From: a virus
Taxonomy: Duplodnaviria > Caudoviricetes
Direction: 5' to 3' (one strand)
IMG/VR virus record: IMGVR_UViG_3300031857_000175
Coordinates: 1-62,241 of that record
DNA length: 62,241 nt
Part shown: piece by piece, positions 9,057 through 19,243 of the stretch
Position numbering within the stretch: position 1 is the stretch's first letter
Layout: each line of letters starts with the position of its first letter
Notes under the pieces: generated by a model
Told to the model about the DNA's origin: nothing
The model's database searches: none
What the model saw: the letters and a program-made list of their open reading frames with translations, nothing else
Made by a program: the position numbers and the translations under genes

Positions 9057-10558
9057 TGGCTATTCTTCGCAGAAGCGGCGTGACGATAAAGACTACGTAC
9101 GAATCATCTTCCCCGACGACGTCTGACTCGGCTTCAAGTTCTGCGTCTAAGAAAGGGAAGGCACAGACTCCCTCCGACAAGAGCGTGGACCTCACAGAGA
9201 ACGTTTCTATCTTAAAGAACCTTGGGCTTCTAGTTGACGCAGCCACCTCTACTGAGTCCACGCCTGGTAAAAATAAACCGTGGTTTAACAAATCAACAGT
9301 TACTAAAGTTGAACCAACAGCGACGTCCGCAGTTTTACCAGCGGCCTCTCAGCCCACACCTGCTATTAGCGGTCCTGTCCCTAAGTTCCACGTCGGCAAG
9401 ACAGCTTATGGCCTAGGCGGCAACATATCGAAGTTTTTCAGACCTGGCGGCAGTTCCTTTACGGAAAATACTAACAATTCAGGCGGCTTTGGTGCTGCTC
9501 TGAGTTTTAGGTCTAAAGACTTTGAGATACCTCAAGCAGTAGGTGAGCGGCTGGCTGAGGAAGTTAAAAAGTATTGGGATAAGCAGGCTGCACACCTGTT
9601 TAAAAACAACAGCCAAGGCCTTGCTGATTACGTAAGATGCTCAAAAGTCGAGTTCACTAAGCAGTCCTTAAAGCTCAGCTTGGTTGGCTGGGAGGCGCTC
9701 TCCCATGATAAGGGCTGGGCCCCAGTGAGCGGGGGCTTGGTAGCCGGACTTGGTAAGTACGACGACACAGTCCATGACATGAAACCTATGATCTTGAATG
9801 GCGCTAGGCGCAAGGTAGTACCGATCCCGATGCAGGGGACGGAAGACGAGCTTAGGTCTAGGCTCACAAACATGGTCAAGTCAGGGGGCATGGCCCCGAA
9901 CATACCGGATAGGAAATTGCCTACGGTGATTTTCGATCCAAAGCTTAATGCACCCACGACTCGAGCCAAAATGGGCATCGAGGGTACGACTGGCGGCTTT
10001 AGAAACTTGGCCAAAGGCCGCTGGTCAGCTCACGCGAAGAGACGGTACCTGACCGAGGTGGCCTCTTCGGCCATCGAACAGCAGCTAGAAGAGCTCAAGC
10101 ACATTTCAGCTACCAAGCCAGGTGGTGTTATTTCGGAGCGCCTTTTCAAAGCCGGCGACGGAACCGCAGTGAAGGGAATTAGTCGTAACGAGAGGGGTCT
10201 AACGCCTTTAACCAAGTCACCCCTTGATCGAGCCAAGGTTATGACAGTTCGAGCAGCACCTTCCGCTGAGGGAGCACCGGCAAGGCTGAGCTTTTTGGCT
10301 ATTAGAACAGTGACGGACGGTTCACAGGCACCGTCTGAGGACACCTTCCAAGAAAATAGAGGAAATAGGACTGTGAGGCACACGCTCCACAAGCTCAGGG
10401 CCAGGGCCAGGCGGATGGAAAAGCGCTGGATGACTAAGGGTAGGAAGCCGATTAACCTGATGCATTCTATTCAGATTTACGCGCATCAGAAGATAAGCGA
10501 ACTCGCCGTTATGTTGGCTAAGAAGTCCGTCAAAAAAACAAGCACTGTTGGGAGCTAA
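9056..10558 (+). CDS. Putative neck/tail-completion protein with low-complexity N-terminus
   Basis: Coupled start (TAATG) and position in the neck module. HDMKPMILNG...VPIP...IRTVTDGS...W pattern. Confidence 0.5.
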   Translation: MAILRRSGVTIKTTYESSSPTTSDSASSSASKKGKAQTPSDKSVDLTENVSILKNLGLLVDAATSTESTPGKNKPWFNKSTVTKVEPTATSAVLPAASQPTPAISGPVPKFHVGKTAYGLGGNISKFFRPGGSSFTENTNNSGGFGAALSFRSKDFEIPQAVGERLAEEVKKYWDKQAAHLFKNNSQGLADYVRCSKVEFTKQSLKLSLVGWEALSHDKGWAPVSGGLVAGLGKYDDTVHDMKPMILNGARRKVVPIPMQGTEDELRSRLTNMVKSGGMAPNIPDRKLPTVIFDPKLNAPTTRAKMGIEGTTGGFRNLAKGRWSAHAKRRYLTEVASSAIEQQLEELKHISATKPGGVISERLFKAGDGTAVKGISRNERGLTPLTKSPLDRAKVMTVRAAPSAEGAPARLSFLAIRTVTDGSQAPSEDTFQENRGNRTVRHTLHKLRARARRMEKRWMTKGRKPINLMHSIQIYAHQKISELAVMLAKKSVKKTSTVGS

Positions 10559-10563
10559 GTAAA

Positions 10564-11265
10564 ATGGAATTTGCTAATTACTTTTTCATCAGGGCTTTGG
10601 AGTACGGCTGGGAGGTCTTGAAGACCAAGGGCGACGAAACTTGGTCGAGGCTCTTCCCACGCTCCGTGCCTGAAATGGAGTGGAAGCGTGCGAGAGACAT
10701 GCTTCTAAAGACAGATATCCAATTCAGGCTGACCTACAGCGTAGGCATAACCAACGAGAACGCTAACGTCGTCTCGACCAGCTTGGACGGGCTCGTTCCG
10801 ATGGAGGGAAATCCGTACGCGATGGACCCGGAGGTCACGCAGGATTCTTGGACGATCGATGAGGGCGTAGTGAGCGTCTACATCATCACGTACAACGAAT
10901 TTCTGATGATGACTCTGTCTAACATCGTGCGCGCCATCGTGACCAGCCTCGTCGTTGACGGCTGGTTCGTCAAAGTAGGCTTTGACATGGTGAAGCGCGT
11001 CAAGTCTGAAGATCTTCGTCCGGAGGGTGGAATGCCTGAAAACGTGACGAAGTATATTAGACATCAGACTTGGGAATGCGCCATGACTACAAATCTTCCG
11101 CACATTGAGGGTCCTTTTGATTGGCCGATCAAACCTATCTTCGTGGCGGACTCATCTGTTGCAGCAAGTTCCATTTTGGACCCCACGACTGGAACAGAAT
11201 ATCAACTGGGTGGGACATATTTCGGCGGGGTTACCCCTGAACCGGACACTGACAAGGAAGGCTGA
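10564..11265 (+). CDS. Putative tail terminator protein
   Basis: Lies immediately before the sheath gene; acidic and of suitable size. Call is from synteny only. Confidence 0.5.
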   Translation: MEFANYFFIRALEYGWEVLKTKGDETWSRLFPRSVPEMEWKRARDMLLKTDIQFRLTYSVGITNENANVVSTSLDGLVPMEGNPYAMDPEVTQDSWTIDEGVVSVYIITYNEFLMMTLSNIVRAIVTSLVVDGWFVKVGFDMVKRVKSEDLRPEGGMPENVTKYIRHQTWECAMTTNLPHIEGPFDWPIKPIFVADSSVAASSILDPTTGTEYQLGGTYFGGVTPEPDTDKEG

Positions 11266-11267
11266 TC

Positions 11268-13415
11268 ATGCCCGCAGGTTTTTTCGTTGACGGCAAGCTT
11301 ACGTACCGGCCGCTTGTCTCGGTCATTACCGAGTTCGCGGGTCGCTCCGGCCTTGGGCCGGCTAACAAGGTCCTCGCAGTTGTAGGGGAGTTTCCCTTCC
11401 TCGAGAAGGACGTCCCCTACCTCTTTACGTCGCAGACGTCGTTCCTCGGCACGCTCCCTGCCAATAAGGACATGCGCGAGCTGGCCAATATCATCTACAA
11501 CCCGAGCTCGTCCGCCCCGTTCGCCGGCTCGCCTGCTGGCGTTATCCTGCTCAACGCGCAGCCTAACTCGCAGGCCCTCGCGTACATCGGCAGCACTGAC
11601 GCTGTCACTCAGGCTGTTAAGCTGAAGTCGAGCGTCTGGGGTGAGGAAGGCAACTCGAGTGTCTTCAAGGTGGTCAAGGACGCAAACGGCGTTCCTACGG
11701 TCACGATCACTAACCGTGGGTACAGCGAGAACTTCAACGCCCCGAGCGGCTTGCGTGTTCTCAAGCTCGCCTACGCTCACCCTGACGAGGATGACGGCAT
11801 CCAGTACGGCTTCGGTAACGAGGGCGGCGGCACCGGCACCCTGACGCTGAAGAAGCTCACGGGTGAGGAGGAGGCCTCGATCAGCTTTACCCGGCGCGTC
11901 ACTGAAGCGGTTGACCGCACGTCGGACGCCGGCGATTACTCTTGGATCCCGAACGCCCCGATCGCTGGAAGCGTGACCGTCAAGCCGGTGGCTGGCGGGA
12001 CGCTCGACAACAACTCTGACAACCTCGTCGCCAAGGCTTTCGGCCTTGACGCGAACGGTGCAACCCTCGTGGCCACGGCGACGTTCTCCGTTGCTGAGGT
12101 TGAGGCTGTCTCGCCCGTCGCGAAGACTTTCCAGAAGGTCGGCGGGGGCGGCGGGGACGCGACTTTTAGCGCGATCCACGGCGTTCGCATCTACCCGACG
12201 GCCTCCTCTGGCTCGGTTGCGGCGGGCGACTGGACCGGCTCGCTTGAGTTCGCCGGCACCGTCCTCACGGCCTTGGGACCTGCGTCGGGGCAGGAGACTG
12301 TCGCTCAGGCAATTCAGTACCTGAAGTCGATCAAGGGCTTCGATGCTTCGACTGAGTCGTTCAAGGCTGCCACCACGCCGTTCGCGTCGCTCGACGCTAC
12401 CACCAGCATCGGGCTTGCGGTTGGCTCCGCACTTTCCACCACGACTGCTGTTCTGAACAGCACCCGTTGGTCGCTGGTCTCCGCCATCGCGGCTAACTCG
12501 AAGCTCGTGACGGTCGAGGACCTCTTCCCGGAAGGAGCGGCGCTCGATATCGTTTCGCCCTACGCTATCACCTTCGCTGGCGGCTCCAAGACGTCGACGA
12601 TCAGCACGGATTGGCTCTCGGCCTTTACCGCGCTCATGACGTCTCCGATCACGGTGCTCTTCCCGTACACCACGAATCACGACATTCACATGGCGGCCCT
12701 CGACCATGTTCGTCTGATGTGGGGTAAGGGTCAGCGCGAGTGCCAGCTCGTCATCGCCCCGCCTGACTATCAGACCCTGACGCAGCTCAACACGAAGCGC
12801 CAGGACCTGCAGGACTTCCGAGTGACGATGCTCCCGCAGTCGACTCGCGTGGCTCAGTGGGACGGCTCGACGTCCGTGTACAGCACGCTGAATACGGGCC
12901 TTGTTTTCGCTTCCATGCAGTGTGCGAACCCCGAGATCGGCCTCCCCATGGGCGGTGCTCGTCCGCGCGTCCTCTCGTTCGACGCTGACGCCTCGATTAA
13001 GGGTACCGACGCTGCTGACACCCTGCTCGCCAACAGCATGACCCCGCTCGAGGATCTCGGCGACGGCATTCGCGTGGCGCGTTGGGTTACGACCTACAGC
13101 GAGGACAACGACCTCGTCCGTACCGAGGGCTCCTCGGTCGAGGCGATCGGTTTCTCGAACATCGGCGTTCGTAACGCGGTCAAGCCGTTTCTCAACACGA
13201 AGGCCACGCCTGCGGTTGCCCCTGCTATCCGCTCCGCCATCGCGGCCGAGCTCTCGGATCAGGTCTACCGTGGCATCCTTCGGGCTTGGCAGCCTGATTC
13301 GCTGATCGTCGAGGAGGTCTCTAACGCGTACATCGCGCGGTACTCGATCTCGCCTGTTCTCCCCGTCAACCACATCGCAGTCACCTCCGTGGCGATTGCG
13401 TTCCCGATTGCGTAA
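11268..13415 (+). CDS. Tail sheath protein
   Basis: 715 aa with strong codon bias. N-terminus FFVDGKLTYRP...VLAVVGE; C-terminus IRVARWVTT...EGSSVEAI...YSISPVLPVNHI. Followed by a tube gene. Confidence 0.93.
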   Translation: MPAGFFVDGKLTYRPLVSVITEFAGRSGLGPANKVLAVVGEFPFLEKDVPYLFTSQTSFLGTLPANKDMRELANIIYNPSSSAPFAGSPAGVILLNAQPNSQALAYIGSTDAVTQAVKLKSSVWGEEGNSSVFKVVKDANGVPTVTITNRGYSENFNAPSGLRVLKLAYAHPDEDDGIQYGFGNEGGGTGTLTLKKLTGEEEASISFTRRVTEAVDRTSDAGDYSWIPNAPIAGSVTVKPVAGGTLDNNSDNLVAKAFGLDANGATLVATATFSVAEVEAVSPVAKTFQKVGGGGGDATFSAIHGVRIYPTASSGSVAAGDWTGSLEFAGTVLTALGPASGQETVAQAIQYLKSIKGFDASTESFKAATTPFASLDATTSIGLAVGSALSTTTAVLNSTRWSLVSAIAANSKLVTVEDLFPEGAALDIVSPYAITFAGGSKTSTISTDWLSAFTALMTSPITVLFPYTTNHDIHMAALDHVRLMWGKGQRECQLVIAPPDYQTLTQLNTKRQDLQDFRVTMLPQSTRVAQWDGSTSVYSTLNTGLVFASMQCANPEIGLPMGGARPRVLSFDADASIKGTDAADTLLANSMTPLEDLGDGIRVARWVTTYSEDNDLVRTEGSSVEAIGFSNIGVRNAVKPFLNTKATPAVAPAIRSAIAAELSDQVYRGILRAWQPDSLIVEEVSNAYIARYSISPVLPVNHIAVTSVAIAFPIA

Positions 13416-13427
13416 GGAAGGTGACCT

Positions 13428-13895
13428 ATGTCTACTGAGCCCAGGCGTGCATTTACTTCGACACGAGCCCGCCTCACCGTTAACGGTACCGTCCTCGGCT
13501 GGGTCAACGACTTCTCAGCCTCCGAGTCGTTCGGTAACGTTCCGATCCGAGTTTTCGGCGACGCTGCTGTGCAGATCTTCGAGACCGTGGCGTACAACGT
13601 CAACGGATCGTTCGGTTACATGCACATCCTGACGGAGCCTCTTAACAAGGTCGGTAACGGCAAGACGTGGTTCCCACTCGACTGGTACGGCAACCGCGAG
13701 GAAGAGAACCGCAAGATCATCGACTACCTCCCCGGAACCATCGAGCTCCTCGATTGGTACACGAACAAGACCGTCCTTCGAATTCAGGGCTTCAAGCCCG
13801 AGGGCCGCGTCTTCCGTCTCTCCGAGGGTGCGATCACGATGGTCAACGCCACGTTCGTCGCCACGACTCTGACCGAGTACTCGACCGGAACCTGA
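13428..13895 (+). CDS. Tail tube protein
   Basis: 155 aa, beta-rich (ARLTVNGTVLGWVNDFSASESFG...), directly after the sheath gene. Confidence 0.85.
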   Translation: MSTEPRRAFTSTRARLTVNGTVLGWVNDFSASESFGNVPIRVFGDAAVQIFETVAYNVNGSFGYMHILTEPLNKVGNGKTWFPLDWYGNREEENRKIIDYLPGTIELLDWYTNKTVLRIQGFKPEGRVFRLSEGAITMVNATFVATTLTEYSTGT

Positions 13896-13913
13896 TTTTC
13901 ATAGGTTAGGGTA

Positions 13914-13948
13914 GAAAGGGCGTCTGTCGTTGACAGTCGCCCTTTTTA
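13914..13948 (+). terminator. Rho-independent terminator after the tube gene
   Basis: AAAGGGCG-T-CTGTC-GTT-GACAG-T-CGCCCTTT-TT hairpin with U-tract. Confidence 0.8.
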
Positions 13949-14000
13949 TTGTGACCTTTCCTTTGTGGCTATTATTGCAGCACGAAGGAGTTACTGAATT

Positions 14001-14465
14001 ATGGATTCCGAAAGGCAGATTTTGGCAGCAGAGCGTGCTCGGCGCGAGATGGAAGAGGTCGAGCCCCCGCCAGAAAAAAAGACCAAGCCAGCTGTCGTCC
14101 CGATTACAGTCACGTACTACGAAGACGAAACGCCGAAGAAGGTCACCCTTACGATCCGGGTTCTGAATTTCGACGAGCGCAACCAGTCCAAGATTTTGGC
14201 TGCCACGCTCGCCAACGGCAGGTTCAACATCCTCCCGGATGCACACGCTGCCTTCCTGACGGCCCTCGCTACCATCTACGTGATGTGGCCTTCGCAAATC
14301 CCCGATGAGCTTCAGAACCAGCTCCACGAGGATGAGATGCTCGCCCTTGAGATTTACAACCTCATTGAGGGGCATCGCATTGCCCGATTTCACGGAGACG
14401 GAGGAGCGAGTAAAAGAGCGCAGGCAACAGTCAGACTGGCCGATCTACCGGAAGGCCGCAGCTGA
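14001..14465 (+). CDS. Tail assembly chaperone (G-like)
   Basis: Between tube and tape measure, RBS AAGGAG, with an overlapping downstream ORF in the +1 frame. Confidence 0.75.
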   Translation: MDSERQILAAERARREMEEVEPPPEKKTKPAVVPITVTYYEDETPKKVTLTIRVLNFDERNQSKILAATLANGRFNILPDAHAAFLTALATIYVMWPSQIPDELQNQLHEDEMLALEIYNLIEGHRIARFHGDGGASKRAQATVRLADLPEGRS

Positions 14466-14667
14466 CAGGAAGCCGCCCCCTTCGCAAACAGACCCGAACC
14501 ACCTCCTCTGGCCTTCATGCCAAGTCATGGAGTGGTTCCTTTTGTCCCTGAACGACGAGCAGTATAAGTCTCTGTACAAGGGTAGTAAGATCGAGGGTAC
14601 TGAGATCCTCGCTTCAGGCGACCCTGTTCTCGACGCAGAGATAGCTGCCTTTTACAACAAGAGGTGA
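14389..14667 (+). CDS. Tail assembly chaperone frameshift extension (T-like part)
   Basis: The +1 frame stays open past the chaperone stop. Candidate slip at TTT CAC (14388-14393) gives ...ARF-TETEERVKE...WPIYRK...TDP...MEWFLL. Confidence 0.65.
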   Translation, partial: FTETEERVKERRQQSDWPIYRKAAADRKPPPSQTDPNHLLWPSCQVMEWFLLSLNDEQYKSLYKGSKIEGTEILASGDPVLDAEIAAFYNKR

Positions 14668-14670
14668 TTT

Positions 14671-14832
14671 ATGTCAGAGACCAGGTACGAGCGAGAAATC
14701 TTGGCCCCAGCCCGCGAGCTCAAGGCCGCTGGTAAAATCGAAGAGTCCGAGTTCGTTGCTAAGTTTTTAGGGCGCGCTCCGTTCCTTCCGTTCTCGCACC
14801 GCCCCAAGAAAGCTGCCTTACCCTCAGAGTAA
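14671..14832 (+). CDS. Small protein (53 aa) missed by the ORF track
   Basis: GAGGTG RBS, then MSETRYEREILAPARELKAAGKIEESEFVAKFLGRAPFLPFSHRPKKAALPSE*. Fills the gap before the tape measure gene. Confidence 0.6.
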   Translation: MSETRYEREILAPARELKAAGKIEESEFVAKFLGRAPFLPFSHRPKKAALPSE

Positions 14833-14880
14833 GACTCGGTCTACGGCTCAACCCCTACTTTACTTTGAAAGGATCTCGAC

Positions 14881-17800
14881 GTGGCAAATAACGAGACAGT
14901 CAAAACTACCGTAGAGGTTGATCACGTAGCTAACGGCGTAGAGAACCTTAATCGAGCTGCGCAGGCCGTTAAGAATTACGAGGCTAACGTTAGGGGGCTC
15001 GTAAACGCCCTCTATCAGCAGGCTCAGGCAGAAGAGGCCGCCTCCAAGGCGGCCGGTAGCTCGGCAGGTGTCTCACCTAAGCGCGGGGCCGCGCAGCGCG
15101 AAGCGATGCAGCGCGGAAGGGCCCCATTTCTGCCGTCTTACGAAGCCTCATACACCCTTGAAGATCGCCAAGCCGCGTTTGACAGGTGGAAGTTTAAGGT
15201 ACAGGAGGACCGCGAAAGATTCATCGCGTCGCAGCGCGCTGCGATGTCGAGGGGCAAGCCACCCTTTCAGCAGTCTGTTAATTTCGAAGACCAAGACGGT
15301 CGAACTTTCCGTATGCCGACTGCGGAGGCATACACTGCGGAGGATAGGAAAAAAGCCCTAGAGCGATTCAAGAATAGAAATATTAGGGACAATGCTGCCA
15401 TTGAGTACGACAGGCAGAAATCCCTCGGAGCTAGCACGGCCGCGGAGGCTAAGGAAGCAGCGAAGAAAGCGAGGGAGGATGCAGCGATTCAAGCTCGCCT
15501 CATCGCTGAAGAAAATGCCAAGAAAGCTCAGCAGCTAGCCGACGAGGTCTCTCGACATAAGGCAGCCGCCAAGGCCTCCCGGGCAGCTGCCAGAGAGGCC
15601 GAAGAAGCTGGGGATCCTAAGGCTGCAAAGGCTGCTAGGAAAGAAGCCAAGAGCCGAAGAGTGCAGGCAGCCGCAGCAGCAGCAGCAGCGGCTACTCCTG
15701 TCGCACCCGCTGCACCTGCCCCTGCCCCTGCCCCTAGCACCACCTCATCGGGGTATTCTGACGAGATGGAGGCCTTCGGCCTAACCGAGGTCGAGGCAAG
15801 AGGTTTAGCCCATAGCGCGATCGGGCACCCCAAGGCGCAAACTCCGACTCCAACGCCTAGTCAGACAGCAGCGGCGGCTCAAGCCGTAGTGGCCGAGCAG
15901 CAGGCAGCCTCTGGGGCAAAAAGGAGGGCCATAACCCCTACTCCTGGGAAGGGTAGGCTAAAATCCGCACCTGGATCCCCTGCTAAGCACAGCTCTAAGC
16001 TGGCGGCGAGCGTAGCGCAGAATTCGGGTAAATTTAAAGGACGATCAGGGAGTGCTAAGAGTGCGCCTGCATCAAGTTCAGGATCAGGAATACTATCTAA
16101 ACTTTTAGGTGGAGATCTTGACAAGCTACAGTCCGTCCGATCGGATGTTGCGACTGTTGCAGCTGAATTACAGAAAAAGGTAGACGGAATCCTCAATTCC
16201 GGACGAGAAGTACCGCCGGAGTTTCTGGCTGAGGCTGAAGAAGTTCAGTCTCAAATTGCCACATGGTTGGATGGCTTCGATCAATATACGGCCTCAAGAT
16301 CCTCTCTTGAGAGTAAGTTGTCCGAAGTTCCTCCCGAGATGCTCGATCAATTTGCCAAAATCATCCCCCCACAGGTGCTGGAGTCTTTCAGAAGCGGCTA
16401 CTCCATGTTGTTGGGTACTGGCGATAAACTATTAGAAGCTGCTGGGATACCTCGTACCCAAGCCCCAACTCCTGCGACCACTAACGCTGCAGCCGCAGCC
16501 GTAGCCGCCGCCAACGGAGGAGGAGGAGGAGGAGGAGGAGGAGGAGGGGGAGGGGGAGGTCCGACCTCTGGTAGTGGAGGCGGTGGTAGGCGAAGGAAGA
16601 GGGGCAATAAGAAGCGGTTTCCGTGGAAGCCGCAGAGCATGGCGGAGGACCTGAAGCTCAAGCGCCGTTCGCCACGCGACCTTACCCAGAAGTTCGTCGA
16701 GAGAAACAGAAAGCTCTTGATGGAGATGGAGCAAGGCGTTGGCGGGCCAGGCATGGAAGCGGCCTATGCTGAAGCCGATAAGCTTCTTAAAGAGGGTAAG
16801 GCCTATCAGGCGATAGATGTCCTTAAGGTAGCTAAGGATCTCCAGCGAGCCCAAGGCTTGGCTCTCGGAGAGCAGGCTACCTCAAATCAAGCCATGTCCG
16901 AGCTGCCGGGCATGCAGGCCAGGTTTGAGAAGTCTATCAAGAGCATGCCTTGGTACCGGCAGTGGTCCGAGGGTGGCGGGCGTGGTGCCATACCCCCGTC
17001 AGCCATTCCGACCGGGCCTGCCAAGCAGGCTGCGCTTGCTCTAGAGCAGATGTGGAAGATGGCCTCCTCCGATAAGGGATTCAATCCCAAGGAGTACAAG
17101 GAGGTTCAGACCAAGTTCGAGTCCATCGCCAAGCCGATGGAGGAGTCTTCGAAGGCCGCGCTTGAGACCGGGCGCGCCCTCAGACTTTTGGAGAAGCAAG
17201 TCAAGTCACTCGGCCTTGCGATAGAAGGCACGGCGGCGACTGCGGTAAAAGACAAGCTGGAGCAGGCCAAGCAAATCCTCAGGCCAGGTGCGCGAGACTT
17301 GCTCCGAACTAGCGGTGGAGCAGTTGCCGAGTTCGCCAGTATCCAAGACGCAGCCCGACTCATTGATGAAGCGCGTGCAGGTGCGCGTCCGGGCGCAGAG
17401 CTTGCATCCGAATACACCGCGAAATTCAAGGCAGAGGCGGAGGGTATTCGGTCCAAGTATCGCAGCAGCCGCTTGGCCCGCAGGTTTGGAGCCAATAACC
17501 CGGTCGTCAAGCGCATGCTTGACGCGGAGAATCGCGCGAAAGACGCAGCGTCTCGTGGTGCAGACACCGAAGCGGAGATGCACCAAGCCAACGCTGAGGC
17601 GGCTTCTGAGGAGCTGCAGCAGATCGAGCGAGGTATTTACCGCAGCAGGTTCATCCGCGCTGGCGTTATCAAGGGCATAAATCGCGTTGCTGGGGCGGCT
17701 ACAGACGCAACCTCTCAGATTATCTCTGCCGATATCCAAGGCGGGGCACAGGGTGCCTTTGGCGTTGCGGGCGGGGCGTTCTCTGCTATGCGCGACATGA

Positions 17801-19230
17801 GCGCTGGGATGATTGTGCATAACGGCGTCAACCCGCTCACCGGGGCCCTTTACGGCGTCGGCTTGCTAGGAGCAGGCGCCGCCCAGCTTGGAATGGCCGC
17901 TTACGGGCGTGGCGCAGGCGTTCTCGACAGGGCGTCTGCTGCTAGAGGAAGGTTCCTCCCTCAGTACGAGGGAGTTCAGTCCGCTGAGAAGGCGTCCGGA
18001 ATTTTCTATACCCCTACAAGCGACCAGCTATTAAGGCACGCCTTTTCTCGGCAGGAAGGGTATAATCCTTACAATATTAACTTTCTTTATGACAGCGAAA
18101 AGAGGAAGGCTGCAATAGCTGCAGGGGGCAGCGCAGATTTTATGCAAGCCTCTGGAGATCCTAATGCTGTAAGAAGGGGACACGAGTATAACGCTGCTAC
18201 TGCTGCCCGTAGGGCACTTAGCCTCTCTACCGAGGAAAAAACAGTTCTTTACGAGGAAGATCGTAGACAGGCCGTTCAAAACCTTTTGGTAGATCGCTTC
18301 GGGGCTGGCACGGGTAACGTAACAATTGATGACGTTGGTGGGTTCTTATCCGCCACAGGTGGGCGCGGAGTAGGTACAGCATTCGGGACCTCCACAGCAT
18401 CCACAGCGTTCGGAAACGTCAATCAAGAGTTCATGCGCGCAGCCCATGGTGCTTCCTACGCTAAGGCGCGCGGCCTCTCCGTTCAATCTATCGGCACCTT
18501 GGCAGGTCTTGAGCCTAGGTTCGGCGTCACTGGCGTAGAGAAGCTGCCAGGGCTGGTCGGAGCGTACGGATTCGGTTTTAGAGGCGAGGGTCGTGACCAG
18601 TTTACGAATCAGATAGCAGGCGAACTTGCTTCGGCTGGTATGCAAGGTGCGACCCCAGACTTGGAGCCTACCGCTCGGTACTATCAAGGCGCCGTTGAGG
18701 CGGGAGGTAACCGAGAGCGCTTGGCCGCAGACTACAAGGCCTCTATCGGTGCTGGGGCGGGTTTGGCTAGCAGCCTCTTCGCCGGGGCAAGAGGATTTAC
18801 CAAGGCCCACATGCTGCAGCGGGCCTTGGTGAAGGGCAAGACGCCGGAGGGGGCTGCGAAGCTACTTCGCGAGGGTAAGGGTGAGTTTTCTTACGCAGAG
18901 TCAGAGAAGCTATCTAGGAAGGCTGCCCCGAGAATCTTCGGGTTTCAGGAGTTAGGTAAGGGCCTGACCGATATGGACTTGGCGGCAAAAATAGCCTCGC
19001 AGGATAAGGGCGGGACTGCTATCAAGGACGAGCCCGTTACGCCTCAACAGCTTAAAGTTGCCGAGGGGGATGCAGCGAAAGCCGGCGCTGCCACTAAGGT
19101 GGAGAGGGACATAACGGAAGAGGTTAAGATGGACACCGTCGCGGCGAAGTTCGACACAGCGACTGGAAACTTTGCCAACGCCGTGCAGCAGTTCATCACC
19201 GGTATGTTTGGCTCTGACTCTGTCTATTAA
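14881..19230 (+). CDS. Tape measure protein
   Basis: 1449 aa, Ala/Gly/Lys-rich and helical, located after the chaperones and before the baseplate hub. Confidence 0.8.
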   Translation: MANNETVKTTVEVDHVANGVENLNRAAQAVKNYEANVRGLVNALYQQAQAEEAASKAAGSSAGVSPKRGAAQREAMQRGRAPFLPSYEASYTLEDRQAAFDRWKFKVQEDRERFIASQRAAMSRGKPPFQQSVNFEDQDGRTFRMPTAEAYTAEDRKKALERFKNRNIRDNAAIEYDRQKSLGASTAAEAKEAAKKAREDAAIQARLIAEENAKKAQQLADEVSRHKAAAKASRAAAREAEEAGDPKAAKAARKEAKSRRVQAAAAAAAAATPVAPAAPAPAPAPSTTSSGYSDEMEAFGLTEVEARGLAHSAIGHPKAQTPTPTPSQTAAAAQAVVAEQQAASGAKRRAITPTPGKGRLKSAPGSPAKHSSKLAASVAQNSGKFKGRSGSAKSAPASSSGSGILSKLLGGDLDKLQSVRSDVATVAAELQKKVDGILNSGREVPPEFLAEAEEVQSQIATWLDGFDQYTASRSSLESKLSEVPPEMLDQFAKIIPPQVLESFRSGYSMLLGTGDKLLEAAGIPRTQAPTPATTNAAAAAVAAANGGGGGGGGGGGGGGGPTSGSGGGGRRRKRGNKKRFPWKPQSMAEDLKLKRRSPRDLTQKFVERNRKLLMEMEQGVGGPGMEAAYAEADKLLKEGKAYQAIDVLKVAKDLQRAQGLALGEQATSNQAMSELPGMQARFEKSIKSMPWYRQWSEGGGRGAIPPSAIPTGPAKQAALALEQMWKMASSDKGFNPKEYKEVQTKFESIAKPMEESSKAALETGRALRLLEKQVKSLGLAIEGTAATAVKDKLEQAKQILRPGARDLLRTSGGAVAEFASIQDAARLIDEARAGARPGAELASEYTAKFKAEAEGIRSKYRSSRLARRFGANNPVVKRMLDAENRAKDAASRGADTEAEMHQANAEAASEELQQIERGIYRSRFIRAGVIKGINRVAGAATDATSQIISADIQGGAQGAFGVAGGAFSAMRDMSAGMIVHNGVNPLTGALYGVGLLGAGAAQLGMAAYGRGAGVLDRASAARGRFLPQYEGVQSAEKASGIFYTPTSDQLLRHAFSRQEGYNPYNINFLYDSEKRKAAIAAGGSADFMQASGDPNAVRRGHEYNAATAARRALSLSTEEKTVLYEEDRRQAVQNLLVDRFGAGTGNVTIDDVGGFLSATGGRGVGTAFGTSTASTAFGNVNQEFMRAAHGASYAKARGLSVQSIGTLAGLEPRFGVTGVEKLPGLVGAYGFGFRGEGRDQFTNQIAGELASAGMQGATPDLEPTARYYQGAVEAGGNRERLAADYKASIGAGAGLASSLFAGARGFTKAHMLQRALVKGKTPEGAAKLLREGKGEFSYAESEKLSRKAAPRIFGFQELGKGLTDMDLAAKIASQDKGGTAIKDEPVTPQQLKVAEGDAAKAGAATKVERDITEEVKMDTVAAKFDTATGNFANAVQQFITGMFGSDSVY
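16516..16560 (+). repeat. (GGA)10 trinucleotide run within a 15-glycine tract
   Basis: GGA x10 then GGG GGA GGG GGA GGT, read directly from the sequence. Confidence 0.97.
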
Positions 19231-19243
19231 TTAAGGAATCATC

